A stretch of DNA of 64,000 nt, from positions 83,638,001-83,702,000 of the forward strand of contig OX597821.1 of assembly GCA_951406725.2 (NCBI GenBank). Reading direction: 5' to 3'. This stretch comes from Octopus vulgaris. Taxonomy: Eukaryota. The notes under the pieces are model-generated. The model worked only from the letters and a program-made list of their open reading frames with translations. It made no database searches and had not been told where the DNA came from. Both the position numbers and the translations under genes were made by a program. This document shows, one piece after another, positions 23,650 through 37,088 of the stretch (position 1 is its first letter; the number at the start of each line of letters is the position of its first letter).

Positions 23650-25760
23650 CTAACTTTCAATTGGCAGAATGAACTTATTAGAATAGTGTATATTTGGTCA
23701 GAACAAAGAAGAATTTAGGGGTTCTTAGAGTTTATAGTAGGGGGAGGAGATAATTGACATAAGTGACCCAGTTATCAAAACTTCTAACAATAAAGGAAGG
23801 ATTATCAAGATTTTTTTAAATTTTTAAGCAAGTTGTTTATGTGTACTGATCAGTGGTGAGAGAAGCAATTAATGTCAGGTCAGCCTACTAAATTATCAAA
23901 AACGATGGGACTATCTTCATAAATGAACAAGGCCTAGGGTAGAAATATGGGAGTGAATGATGGGGAGGTGATGATAGCGAGAAGTAAGATATAGGAAGTT
24001 GAATTTACTTATATTCATTACCATATTAAAGATTTTGAGGAATAATGGAATAATGTTTTTAAAATAAAATCAAGCAGGTGTGATGCTCAAATCACAATAG
24101 AAAAAAAGGTGACAAATTTAGAAATGAGATATTTTGGTGACAAATAAATCATATTTGAAATCATTAGAAGAAAGTGAAGAAAAAATTATATAAAGGAATG
24201 TATTAGATATAAAAATTTAGAATTTAGGGCCATAAGCTAATAAGGAATATAATGTATCTAAAATCTATGGATATATACGTAAGATATACGACGAGGTATA
24301 TAAAATATAAACTGTAAAAATATATGATCTTTAAGGAAATATATAAAGGATATATAAAAAATATATAAAAGAATATATCTAAAAAATTGTAAAGAATATA
24401 AAATATATAAAAGTATAAAAACTAAAAATAAAAAATAAGAGAATATAAAGATGTAAGAAAAATATAGAAAATATATTAAAAATATTTAAAAAATAATATT
24501 GAAAATATATAAAAAATATATATAAATTATAAAGGTATTTATGTATAGGAAAAATTATTACAAGATCTTTAATATAAATTAAGAAAATGAGATAAAAATA
24601 GTATACCAGAATTTAATTTAAATAAAGCTAAAAGTGAGAAAAGTTTTACAAATGTTTGAAAGGAATACAATAAAAATATATAATCATAAAAGAATAACAA
24701 TAGATCTTAGAGTATATGTTTTGTACTTAGGGGAGGTGCAAAATACAAAAAAAAACAAAAAACAACCACTTGTAGTAAAGATAAAAACATATTTTATATC
24801 AACCATACATAAAAGAAATTGATTTAGGAAATGACTAGATACATACCGTACATAATTAATAGGGTGTAAATTTTCTGGGTTATAACATTTTAGATTATAA
24901 ATAATTATTTCCTAATTTAAGTCATAGAATAATCATTTCAACTCAAAGGTTATATAAGGCGTGTGTTAAGTAGTTTGCCTACGAATCACATGATTCCGGG
25001 TTCAGTCCCACTGTGTGCCACTTGGGGCAAGTATCTTCTACTATAGCCTTGGGCCGACCAAAGCCTTGTGAGTGGATTTGGTAGACAGAAACTGAAAGAA
25101 GCCAGTCGTATATATATATATACATATATATATGTATGTATATGTGTGTGTGTGTATATGTTTTTGTGTCTGTGTTTGTTCCCCCATCATCGCTTGACAA
25201 CTGATGCTGGTGTGTTTACGTCCCCGTAACTTAGCGACTCGGCAAAAGAGACCGATAGAATAAGTACTAGGCTTACAAAGAATAAGTCCTGGGGTTGATT
25301 TGCTCAACTAAAGGTGGTGCTCCAGCATGGTCACAGTCAAGTGACTGAAACAAGTAAAGAGTAAGCTCAAATCACGAGAGAGTGCCGTAAGTATGGTTTA
25401 TTAAAGGAATACCTGATCTAGTTGATTATGTAAGTATTATTAAAGGTAAGCAGCAATGTAAATGCTGATATGTTAAAAAGAATATTTAAAAATATGGTAT
25501 TTAAAGAATGTCAAAAAATAGTCAAAATTTATGATAGGTTACCATGATTCAAAAAATAATAAACTATAAAAGAGGAGAGATAAAATTTGGAAGAGCTACT
25601 GTTTATGGAATGAGGATAACAACGTAGCTTTCGCGCCCGTGCACCGCCAGTCTGTCGCGTGTGGTGGGTGGATCTTCAAGTTGCCACACGCATTCTTAGT
25701 AGCTTAGAGTAGGCTCGAATTAGAGATTATTCTTTGTGGCTAATGGCGTGAGTCCTGACT
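23650..25760 (-). pseudogene. Heavily decayed Penelope-like element (5' hammerhead plus N-terminal ORF remnant), interrupted by a family A SINE at 24958-25364
   Basis: Hammerhead-like motif at 25619-25685 (-). Minus-strand remnant LDTLYSLLAYGPKF near 24220-24265 resembles the 'LL.LG.KF' motif upstream of PLE reverse transcriptases. Many stop codons. Confidence 0.4.
24958..25364 (+). mobile_element. SINE family A
   Basis: Matches 26209-26617 over nearly its full length. Confidence 0.88.
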
Positions 25761-25849
25761 GGAAGAAGGAGAAGAAGAAGAAGAAGAAGAAGAAGAAGAA
25801 GAAGAAGAAGAAGAAGAAGAAGAAGAAGAAGAAGGGAGTAGGAGTAGGA

Positions 25850-26160
25850 GCATGGGTTGGATGGTTTGACCGGGGTCTGGGAAGTCAGTAGGCTGCACCA
25901 GGCACCAGTCTGATCTGGCAGTGTTTCTACAGCTGGATGCCCTTCCTAATGCCAACCACTTCATAAGTGTAGTGGGTGCTTTTTACGTGCCACCAGCACA
26001 GGGGCCAGAGGAGACTGGCAAAGTCCATGATCGGTTGGTGCTTTTTACGTGCCACTGGCATGGATGTCAGTCAAGGCAGCGCTGGCATTGGTCATGTGCG
26101 GATGGTGTTTTTTATGTGACACCAGCACAGGATCACAACTATAATTTTCATTTGATTTGA
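25850..26160 (-). mobile_element. RTE LINE 3' UTR fragment (5'-truncated)
   Basis: Reverse complement of the tail at 35450-35850, including GTGCC-nnn-GGCAC units and GGAAGGGCATCCAGC. Confidence 0.8.
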
Positions 26161-26174
26161 TATATAAATATATG

Positions 26175-26205
<31 letters not shown>

Positions 26206-26208
26206 GTA

Positions 26209-26617
26209 GGCGTAGGAGTGACTGTGTGGTAAGTAGCTTGTTTACCAACCACATGGTTCCCGGTTCAGTCCCACTGCATGGCATCTTGGGCAAGTGTCTT
26301 CTACTATAACCTCGGGCCAACCAAAGCCTTGTGAGTGGATTTGGTAGACGGAAACTGAAAGAACCCCGTCGTATATATGTATATATATATATGCGTGTGT
26401 GTGTGTTTGTGTGTCTGTGTTTGTCCCCCTAGCATTGCTTGACAACCGATGCTGGTGTGTTTATGTACCCGTTACTTAGCGGTTCGGCAAAAGAGACCGA
26501 TAGAATAAGTACTGGGCTTACAAAAGAATAAGTCCCGGGGTCGAGTTGCTCGATTAAAGGCGGTGCTCCAGCATGGCCGCAGTCAAATGACTGAAACAAG
26601 TAAAAGAGTAAAAGAGT
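26209..26617 (+). mobile_element. Full-length tRNA-derived SINE family A (~400 bp)
   Basis: A-box-like TG(A/G)CTGTGTGG, B-box GGTTCAGTCCC, CORE-like CTTGGGCAAGT, internal (TA)/(TG) microsatellite, (AAAAGAGT)n tail. About 20 full or partial copies in the window. Confidence 0.92.
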
Positions 26618-27159
26618 ATATATATATATATATATATATATACATACACATACACACTCACACACACATATACACCTTCACATGCACACGTGCACACGCA
26701 CACTCACATATATGTATTTATACATTTGCTGTATGTATTCCTCGAGCATCAAAAATCATTGCTCTAGACTGCAGTAAACAACACGTTGCTTCTTATTTTC
26801 CAGAGCTAATGAAATACAGTCTCTCTAATTGAAATCTACAGAGGATAAACAAAGTTGTTTACATTTCCTGATGAAGCAATCCAAGCCACTCTATTGACAT
26901 AAATACATATTCCATTATATTGATATATCATGAAAACTGTGCTGCCGGCAAGCAGCCGTGTCACTGACTTATAAAACCAACAGCTGAAATATACATAGGA
27001 TTCATGTATATTGTCGAAGTTATAATTAATTAATTTTTTTTTTAATTTCTCATTTAACGCTCTTGGGCTGTCGAGTGAAAAAAAAGATAAATAAAATGCC
27101 TTGGAGCTTGTGGGTATATGCATGTATTTATGCATATGTGTGTATATGTGTCTGTGTGG

Positions 27160-27197
<38 letters not shown>

Positions 27198-27204
27198 GTA
27201 TATA

Positions 27205-27237
<33 letters not shown>

Positions 27238-27240
27238 ATA

Positions 27241-27273
<33 letters not shown>

Positions 27274-27449
27274 ATTGGTATATTTCAGAATGGTCATTTT
27301 TTTTCTTGCTAAATAAACACTCGCACAAGGTAAAAAAAAAATTACCATCCCAACATGTAACAATATCTCTTTCAGCACACAGTTTCACATCAGGAGTCTT
27401 GCAAAACAAATATATAAGCACACACACACACACAGCCATACACACGCAC

Positions 27450-27480
<31 letters not shown>

Positions 27481-27650
27481 CAGAGTGGACACAAGCGCTA
27501 ATATATGGTTTCTAAAAACATGTGACATATTAATAAATATCTGTAAATATAAAACCATCTAGATTTCTGAGTATCTTATTTCTTCTAATATATAATACCT
27601 GTACATCATCTCCAAACCTTCTAATATATACACAAATATATGTGTTTGTA

Positions 27651-28941
27651 TTGGGTTGAGGAATAGTTCATGAGGGTTTTTTTTTTTTTATTTAAAAATG
27701 CATGTAGAAATAAAATCCACTGGCAAAATGTTTTATGTTATTTAAAAGACAATTCTTTGTTCTACAAGATAGTGTGTTTTGATTTTTTAAAATTTTATTG
27801 ATTTTTGTGTATTTACAGACCCCTAAAATGGACTCTCAAGTGGACAAAATTGAGCATTTTCAATACCAATTGCTTTTTGCATTTAATTGAGATGTTAAGG
27901 TCGCCAAAGCTGCTTGTGAGATTTGTGCTGTGTATGGTGAAGGAGTAATGCTTGAAAGGATCTCTCGCTGTTGGTTTTGATGCTTCAAAAATGGGAATTT
28001 TGTCTTCAAGGATGGATCACACACTAGTCAACCAACTGAGTTCAATGCAGAGCGATTGAATCAACTTCGTAATGAAAATCCTCATCAAATGACCAGAGAA
28101 TTGGTGGAGTAGATGGACTGTGGTTACAAAAAAAAAAGGAAACTGTGGGGAACCACCTTCACTCAATTGGCAAGGTTTAAAAACTTGGCTCTTGGGTGCT
28201 ACACACTTTGAGCAAAAATCAACGCTCCACAATCACTGCCAGCTTGCATGCTCGACATCACCCAACAAATGGTCACAAACAGTATTTTCTTTATGGCATT
28301 GTCATTGGCTATGAAACATGGTGTCTTTACATCAATATGAAGCAGCAAAAAGAATGACTCAGCCCAGACAAACAAGCGACTTTGCAAGCAAAACAAGACC
28401 TTCATCCTTGAAAGACCATGTTGTGTGTATGGTGGGACTGGGAAGGCTTAATTCATTATGAACTGCTTGAGCACAGCTAAACACTCAATGTGGAGCTCTA
28501 CATCCAACAACTGCACCAATTCAACAAAGCATTTCAGTCAAAAAGACCAAACAGGCGAAATGGTGTACTTCTGCAACACGACAGTGACCATCCTCACACC
28601 GCTAGTATGACCAAAGAAGTTGAATGGGAAGTGCTGCCTCATCCTCCATACTCTCCAGACTTGGCACCATCAGATTTTCATCTCTTTCAACTGTTTTTGA
28701 ACACTTTGTGTGGTGTATCATTCAATAATGATGTAGAATGACGTAGAATTGAGGGCTTGGTTGGACGAATTCTTTGAGTCAAGGACTGGGAGATTTCTAT
28801 CACTGAGGCATCGAAAAACTTACTGAATGATGGGAAGAAGTCTTAAAGAACAGCAGAGGGTATATTAGGGATCAATTCATTGTAGTTGCTATGTTTAGAA
28901 TAAATTTGAAAAAAACGGTCATCAATTATTCCTCAACCCTA
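27651..28941 (+). mobile_element. Full-length inactivated mariner (DD34D-type) transposon, ~1.29 kb
   Basis: TIRs TTGGGTTGAGGAATAGTT / AATTATTCCTCAACCCTA with TA flanks. Broken transposase from ATG 27828 (MDSQVDKIEHF...ICAVYGEG) through LLQHD..HPHTA and WEVLPHPPYSPDLAPSDFHLF; multiple stops and frameshifts. Confidence 0.95.
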
Positions 28942-28975
28942 TATGTGTGTGTGTATACATACACACACACAAAAC

Positions 28976-29445
28976 CTGTCCAACGAACGGGAATGAGAAA
29001 CTCTGAGTAACAGCTTTTGCTATATTTCTGATGCTTTTAAATAAAGTATATTACTCTACCTCTGGTGTTTGAGTACTCTTTTTTCCACCTTGTTTCGCAT
29101 TTATGTGTTTACTCCGGTATATATATATATATATATATATATCCAACAAGAATAACCAAAGTTATTCTTATTGCTTATTTTGATTGGCACAGAAGAATAT
29201 TCTAAGATATATTCTCTAAGATATACTTCTGTGACTTTTCCATCTTTATTTACTTTGTTAACTAAATACACATATTCTTGATCACAACTGCCCAATGAAG
29301 AGGAGCGTGAAGCTCTGAGTAGCAGTTTTTTGTGATATTTTTCTGATGTTTTTGCAGCTTTAATAATAATAAAACATATTACTCTACCTCCTGTATTCGA
29401 GTACTATCTTTCCCCCACCTTGTTCCACATTTATGTGCTTGGGTG
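28976..29445 (+). mobile_element. Two related Penelope-like pseudo-LTR fragments (28976-29118, 29286-29445), each with a hammerhead-like head and AATAAA
   Basis: Shared GAA(A/G)CTCTGAGTA, TATTACTCTACCTC, GAGTACT and CCACCTTGTT...CATTTATGTG; each ends in (TA)n. Confidence 0.6.
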
Positions 29446-29489
<44 letters not shown>

Positions 29490-29748
29490 CATATATACAT
29501 AGCATCATTCAGTTTGATCTCTATAAATTTGTCCCTGCTCTTGACTTCTCTCAATATACTGTCAAACTATCGGTAAATACTTCTTTGCTATTCTTAAATG
29601 GGCAAAGAACCCCTGATTAACTCCACCAGTTTCTGCATGGCTCAAAGCACCTCTGATGTTTATTTCACCTTATTTTCACATACATTCATATGTGCATCCA
29701 TATATAAATAAATTTGTACATACATACATACATACATACATACATACA

Positions 29749-29780
<32 letters not shown>

Positions 29781-30049
29781 CAACGCAACATTATTGCAAA
29801 AGGAATATACAATGCCATTTGAGAAAAAAAACCCATCCTGGAATAAATATAGAGAATACCCCTGTTATTGAATACATATACAAACACCAACCCAAGAAAT
29901 ACAGGTGGAGCATACCCATCACAACATCCGTCAGTTTTAAGCATAACAGGCTGGATATTGTTTGGGGCAGACAAGAGAAAGTTTGTACCATCATAGGGGT
30001 CAGCTAACGATACTTGGTAAATTAATTTTCTCAAATGTCCTGAAGGCTC

Positions 30050-31560
30050 CATAGAAGTAGTGGATAATTTCTGTTACTTAGGTAACCCAATTAGCAGTGA
30101 AGGAAGGTGTTGAGAAAGTGAAGCTGCTAGAATAATAATGGTGTGGATAAAATTCATGGAGCTGTTATCGCTATATGCAATAAAAGGTCTCCCTCTGAGT
30201 GAAATGTAGATAGTATGATACTTGTGCCTGTACAGCAATTCTACATGGTAGTGAGATGTGTGTCTTGAATGCACAGGACATGTAAAGACTAGAGAGGAAT
30301 GAAGCCAGTGTGCATTGATGGATGTGCAATGTCAGTGTGCATATACGACAAAGTGCTTATGTACTGAGAGAAAAATCAGAGGAATCAGATGTAGCATGCG
30401 AGAGAGAAAACTGTGTTGGTTTGCTCATGTGATGCATATGGACAAGGACAGTTGCAAGAAGAATCACTGATCACTTAAAGCAGATGGAACTTGCAAAAGA
30501 GGAAGTCCCAGGAAAACATGGGACACAATACTGAAGGCCTTTCTCAAGATGCTGAAACTTAAAGTGGAGATGAGTGGCAATTTACTAGCACCTGCCCATC
30601 ACAGTGGAAATGATATTCTGAAACCACCTTGGTTATGCTTTTGTGTATGAAACCTTGTCTCTCCTCCTCTCTGTCTGGCCAAGCATTCCCCACCACCATA
30701 TCACATCCCTTAATACTCATCACTTCTATGTCTATGGTACCACTCAGTTTCTGTAATCCCTGAGAGCAGAATAGGCATATTACATCCCTGCCTTCCCAGA
30801 ATCACTTTAATTTCTTATTATCATCCCTGCTCACGCTGTTTCCACCAACCACCTCCTTTTCGGCCCTCAGCCATTACTCTCCTCTACTATTATCCATCCT
30901 TCCTACCCTTCTAAATGCCCTCTCACACCTACCATCATGCCCCATGTATGAGATACTCCTGTATCTCTCACCATCACTCACTACATCCACCTCTACTCCC
31001 ATCTTTGCCCCTCTGTCCCCACCTGAACGATCCCTGTCACTCAAGATGCTCCAGCATCCTACCAACACTTCCGTCTTCTTTCCAGCTTTCCAACTACTCA
31101 GTCTCGTATTTCTATTACAAGCCATTAGGGCTTCTTCCATCACACTCTAGCCTCTCAACACCTGGTATAGACCCATCGCTCCTCTCCCTTTCAAATACAA
31201 CACTGACCCTGCCATATAGTCAAGGAAGCCTTTTCTTTCTTTCCTTCCCTCCGTTTTTTTTTTTTTTTGCCTCTGTTTTCCTGTTCCTTTCTTTTCTTAC
31301 CTTGAAAGTTACTTAGCAACCTTGTTAGCGTTGGTGGCACAAAAAAAAATTTTTTTAAAAGCACCCTGTACATACAGTAAAAGGGTTACCATTAGGAGGG
31401 GCATCCAGTCATAGAAACCATGCCAAACATGACATCTGGTCTCAGTCCAACCTTATGGTTCATCGGATCCCGTCAAACTGTTCAACCCTTACCAGCATGG
31501 AAAATGGATGTTAAATGATGATGATGATGACGACGATGATGAAGTTGATGATGATGATGA
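30050..31560 (+). mobile_element. Older diverged RTE LINE 3' portion (ORF end, pyrimidine-rich 3' UTR, (GAT)n tail)
   Basis: 30050-30560 is a decayed paralog of 34846-35439 (IEVVDNFCYLG...W.KF.EL...LHGSE). The tail at 31380-31560 matches the RTE 3' end. Confidence 0.75.
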
Positions 31561-31869
31561 TGATGATGATGAGGAGGATGATGATGATGATGATGATTAT
31601 GATGATGATGATGGTGGTGGTGGTGGTGGTGGTGGTGGTGGTGGTGGTGGTGGTGGTGATGATGATGGTGATGGTGATATATTTATATAAAAGCATGTAT
31701 ATTTCAGCTGTTTAGTATATTTCGAGTCAATGACACGGCTGCTCAGTGCAGTGTGTTCTCAATGCTATAAAACATCAGACTGTGTCAGCTGAAGGTTTTC
31801 ATTCAATTATGCATCTACATTTACATACACACACACACACACACATGCACACATATATATTTACACACA

Positions 31870-31907
<38 letters not shown>

Positions 31908-32070
31908 TACATATATACATATATATATATATGTATGTATACAATTACAAGTAGTTTCCAACAGAGTTTCATCTTTTCAAAATTAACTAATCAGACAACA
32001 AAGTTGAAGAGATAAAATATTATAAAATATTATATATCATTATTGCAAAATAAACAGATAAACATGTATA

Positions 32071-32360
<290 letters not shown>

Positions 32361-33399
32361 AATTGCTTTCAAATTCTTTTGTTTATTTCACACTATGCAA
32401 CAACATTAGAAAGGCAACAACAACAACAACAGTAGACAGACAGACAACAAACAACTGCAGAGAAATAAAAGCCTGTTTGATTGTTTTTCCCTCCAAATCC
32501 TGAACACTCTGTCATTATGAGTATAATGCTGTTGTTAATATATTGATTTTTTTTTTTTCGTTTTTTTTTTTTTCTTTCTTTATAAAGTTATATCTGAACT
32601 AAACTGTCTCGCTGCTGAAGTCGGAGATCATTTGACTGAGAGAACAAAGAGATTCTGAATTCTATTTATTTATTTTTTTTTCCACAAATTTGCATCTGTT
32701 TATTTTAGTGAGAGCGAATCACAGTCAGATTGAATGATTAGATATAAACATAAGTAAGTCCATGGTAACTGGTGGTCGTCTGCGCCGGCAGAAATTATAC
32801 AAAGATAGGTCATGAGTTTGGTTGATTGCTTGGTCGGTCGGTCGGTCGGTCGGTCGGTTGGTTGGTTGCATGCCAAGGGCTGAAGAGAAATCTGTGATAT
32901 TGTGGGGCTGACGCTTTGTCTGAGAGGGAATGTTGGAAAAATATAGAACGTGGTGAAAGATTGTCGTGAGACATGGGTCAGCAATGGTTTTTGGCTGCAA
33001 TGATATGGTATTGTCTTTCATCCTTTCGGGGTCGATAAATTAAGTACCAGTTATGCACTGAGGGTCGATGTAATCGACTTAATACCTATGTCTGTCCTTG
33101 TTTGTCCCCTCTGTGTTTAGCCCCTTGTGGGTAATAAAGAAATAGGTATTGTCTTAAGAGGGAATATGATAACTGTTTCATAAGCATGCATCGGTAGACA
33201 GAATCACCACCATCGTCACCACTACCATCTCCACCACCAGCACCAGCACCTTTACCAACATCACCATCGCCACCAATCACCACTGCCATCACCATCAACA
33301 TTATCATCACTACCACTACCACCACCACCACCACCACCACCACCTTCTTCATTATCATCATCATTATATATCATCTGTCTTCCATGCTGCTTTTTTTTT

Positions 33400-34230
33400 T
33401 TGTTTTTAGTCAGTACCATTCTTTTTCTTAAGTCTGTCATATTAATAACCATTCTTAAAAGCTCACCCATTTTGCTTTCTTTCCAATACAAAATACATCA
33501 CCAACAAGTTTATATCTCCAAATATTCTTCTTTTTCACCACGGCTCTTTGTTTTCTGTATTTCCCACCCTGTCTGTTCTTCCATTGACTTACAAATCCAA
33601 GTTTTCCCCAACACACTGTTGTTCTCTGTTATGTTCTTTGTTCTTACATGGTTCAAAATTTTGTCATCTTTCATTGTTTCTTGTTTCAGTTTCCAATAAT
33701 CAGCCACTTTGAAATCACATACACACATCATATATATATGTTGGGAATTTACTAACTCAAATACTTTATTAATTATTATTCGATCTTCCTCAATCAGCAC
33801 TCCACCTTTACCTGTGTTTTGTTGACTGATCAAAAAATACATAATCATCAGAATTTCCATTTACTACCATTTCGGGTTCTTTACTTTGAGCAGAATCATC
33901 CACCTCAGCTGTTTCTATTTCTTTCTTCCGTCCTCCATCTTCTTCGTTTGTATCACACTAAATTCTTTCATTAATTTTCCTTTCGATTGGCTTCAAGTTC
34001 AAACTCAGGCAATTGTTTGTTCTTCTAAATTGTTCTTTCTTAGGAGATTCTTTTTTAAAGAAAGGTATCTACAACCAGCTGGAATCGTCAATCAAATGAA
34101 CCTTAGTTGCAAAATGAATGAAGAGACTCCTTTGCTGTCACAACAGAGCACACAGAAATCTAGACACAACGAAACAAGCAAAAGAAAAAGTTGTAAAGCT
34201 TTATTCTGACAAAGCAATAAAAGCACCACA
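33400..34230 (-). pseudogene. Decayed N-terminal ORF region of an R4/Dong-like LINE
   Basis: Minus-strand remnants RTI*KNKQLPEFELE and KLKQETMK..KILNHVRTKNITENN resemble R4/Dong pre-RT regions (recalled family pattern, not aligned). Confidence 0.45.
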
Positions 34231-34845
34231 TGCTCACAATCTAATGAGTGTCCATGCTTTTTGTTCAAAGCTGGGATCTTTTCCTTTTGAAGGCCAGATT
34301 TCAACACAATTTCTAGTTAACTAAACACTTTAAAACTTCGTATACTGGTAGAATGTGTCAAAAGAAAACATTATTTTCACTTGGCTTTCTTGATAAATTT
34401 GTAATTCGTTTGTTTAACGTAGTTTAATTTTTCGAATTTTAACCAATCCTATGCTCTCTTTTGAGCTAAAATCATTTGCGTCTAAAACTGAGAGAACATC
34501 CTGTAACTAACCCTCCTCCTCCTTCCAACCCTAAATTTGTTTTTTCTTAATTGTTAAATTAATTTAATTGTAAAAAAAACTAAAGCAATGGAAAATAATT
34601 TAAACAATTAACATACAAAATAATTCTATAATTTTTATACACACGCTTTCCATAATACACGCTTTCCATATACGTACAGAAAGCACGCACTACACTCTTG
34701 GAGTGGTTGGTTTTAAGAAGGGCATCCAGCTGTAAAAACTCTACAAAATTAAGATTGGAGCCTGGTGCAGCCATCTGGTTCGTCAGTCCTCAGTCAAATC
34801 GTCCAACCCATGCTAGCATGAAAAGCGGACGTTAAACGATGATAA

Positions 34846-35850
34846 AAACTAGAAGTAGTTGATAGCTTCCGCTACCTAGGTGACCAAGTCAGTAGCGGGG
34901 GTGGGTGTGCTGAAAGTGTAACTGCTAGAGTAAGAATAGCCTGGGCAAAGTTTAGAGAGCTCTTACCCCTGCTGGTGACAAAAGGCCTCTTGCTCAGAGT
35001 AAAAGGCCGACTGTATAATGCATGTGTACGTACAGCCATGCTACATGGTAGTGAAACATGGGCTGTGACTGCTGAGGATATGTGTAAGCTCGCAAGAAAT
35101 GAAGCCAGTATGCTCCGATGGATGTGTAATGTCAGTGTTCCTAATTGACAGAGTGTAAGTACCTTGAGAGAAAAGTTGGACCTAAGAAGCATCAGATGTG
35201 GTGTGCAAGAGAGACGTCTGCGCTGGTATGGGCATGTGACGAGAATGGATGAAGATAGTTGTGTGCAAAAGTGTCACACCCTAGCAGTTGAGGGAACCTG
35301 TGGAAGAGGCAGACCCAGGAAAACCTGGGACGAGGTGGTGAAGCACGACCTTTGAACTTCAGGTCTCACCAAGGAAATGACTAGAGACCGAGACCTATGG
35401 AAGTATGCTGTGTGTGAGAAGACCCGGCAAGACCAGTGAGAACAGTCAACATCAAAATCAAAATCAAAATCAAACCAAATCAAATCAGATATCAGAAAGC
35501 AGAACCAAAATTGAGGTCGATCAACATCAGTGGAAATTGCAGCTGTGGTTAAGCGAACCATCCGATCGTGGTCGTTGTCGGCGTCGCCCCGTCTGGCTTC
35601 CGTGCCGGTGGCACGTAAAAGCACCATCCATTCGTGGCCGTTTGCCAGCTCTGTCTGGTACCTGTGCAGGTGGCACGTAAAAAGCACCCACTACACTCAC
35701 GGAGTGGTTGGCATTAGGAAGGGCATCCAGCCGTAGAAACACTGCCAGATCTGACTGGGCCTGATGAAGCCTTCCGGCTTCACAGACCCCAGTTGAACCG
35801 TCCAACCCATGCTAGCATGGAAAACGGACGCTAAATGATGATGATGATGA
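34846..35850 (+). mobile_element. RTE-clade LINE, 5'-truncated: ORF C-terminus, structured 3' UTR and (GAT)n tail
   Basis: LEVVDSFRYLG...RVRIAWAKFRELLPLL...AMLHGSETW...RRLRWYGHVTRM...GRGRPRKTW (two in-frame stops; ORF end at 35437-35439), then tandem hairpin units and CATGCTAGCATGGAAAACGGACGCTAAATGATGATG. Confidence 0.93.
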
Positions 35851-35864
35851 TATGTATGTGTATA

Positions 35865-35981
<117 letters not shown>

Positions 35982-36046
35982 CTTATTTCTCCACAGACTA
36001 ATAACAGGTAAGTTATATATATTTTGTAAAATAATTTTTTTGTATT

Positions 36047-36330
36047 TCATAGTAGGTTTTTTAAATGCTTATAATATTTTATTGGATATAACTTTCTATG
36101 TGTATTCCATAGAATATGGTTTCCTGAGGTACACACTCTGTTTAAATATACATCAAATCTAGTAGTTACAGGGAGTTTGAGCTTATTTCTCTTATCTTTA
36201 AGTCCATTATCCCTTTTCATACTAAATGCCTTATTTATGCAATCTTTATCCCTAGAACAAAATCCTTCTGAAACTCTTCTTTGTTTCTTTAAGTACCTTG
36301 TCCTTAACAACTCTTCTAACTAAGCACTAA
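36047..36330 (-). pseudogene. Penelope-like ORF remnant (RT-to-endonuclease linker)
   Basis: INKAFSMKR...KLPVTTRF...HIL...[11 protein letters not shown] resembles the PLE linker; a diverged paralog lies at about 40030-40150. Confidence 0.4.
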
Positions 36331-36461
36331 CTTTTATCCAGTTTTTAAACTCTCAGTTTTAAGTTAGGATTTCCCCAAACTAAATTTGGTTTTAAATTAG
36401 AATTTTTTTTTGAAAGTGGATTAGTTTGACGTCGGGGTTACCCCAAGTGGCTCATATTTAA

Positions 36462-36494
<33 letters not shown>

Positions 36495-36813
36495 GGTGGT
36501 GACAGTAGCAGTGACATCAGCAACAGTGATGGTGGTGGTGGCTGTGGTGGTGATGGTTGCAGTTGTAGCAGTGGATGGTGGCGGTGGCGGTGGTTGTGGC
36601 AGTGGTGGTGGAGGCAAAAGTGGTGGTGGTGGTGGTGGTAGTATTTATAGTTGTTGCTTTTGCTCTCATTTCTGATCAAGGAAACCCCTGAATCGTGACA
36701 TTCAAACACTCATCATCCTGTTTTTGATCATACTCTATTTAAGTTATCCAAGGAAAATTTGGCTGCTATTTCTAGCATGTTGAACAATTACATAGAAACT
36801 TTATACATATATG

Positions 36814-36863
<50 letters not shown>

Positions 36864-37039
36864 CATATGTATGTAAATTTAAAATAATAAGGGTGAAAAA
36901 TTGAATATTAATTTGATTAATATCAATTTAAAACCAGTGGTCTAACATATAGAAAAATCTGAAGATTCAGAAAAATGACATTACATACATATAAGAGGGA
37001 TGACCACTACATGGATGTCCACGTAGTGGTCATCCCTCC

Positions 37040-37088
<49 letters not shown>

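Noticed and set aside
26209-26290. tRNA genes at SINE heads
   Set aside because: A/B boxes are present, but there is no full cloverleaf and each continues into a SINE body.
32709-32759. Possible micro-exon (AG...GTAAGT)
   Set aside because: Stops in all three frames and no partner exons found.
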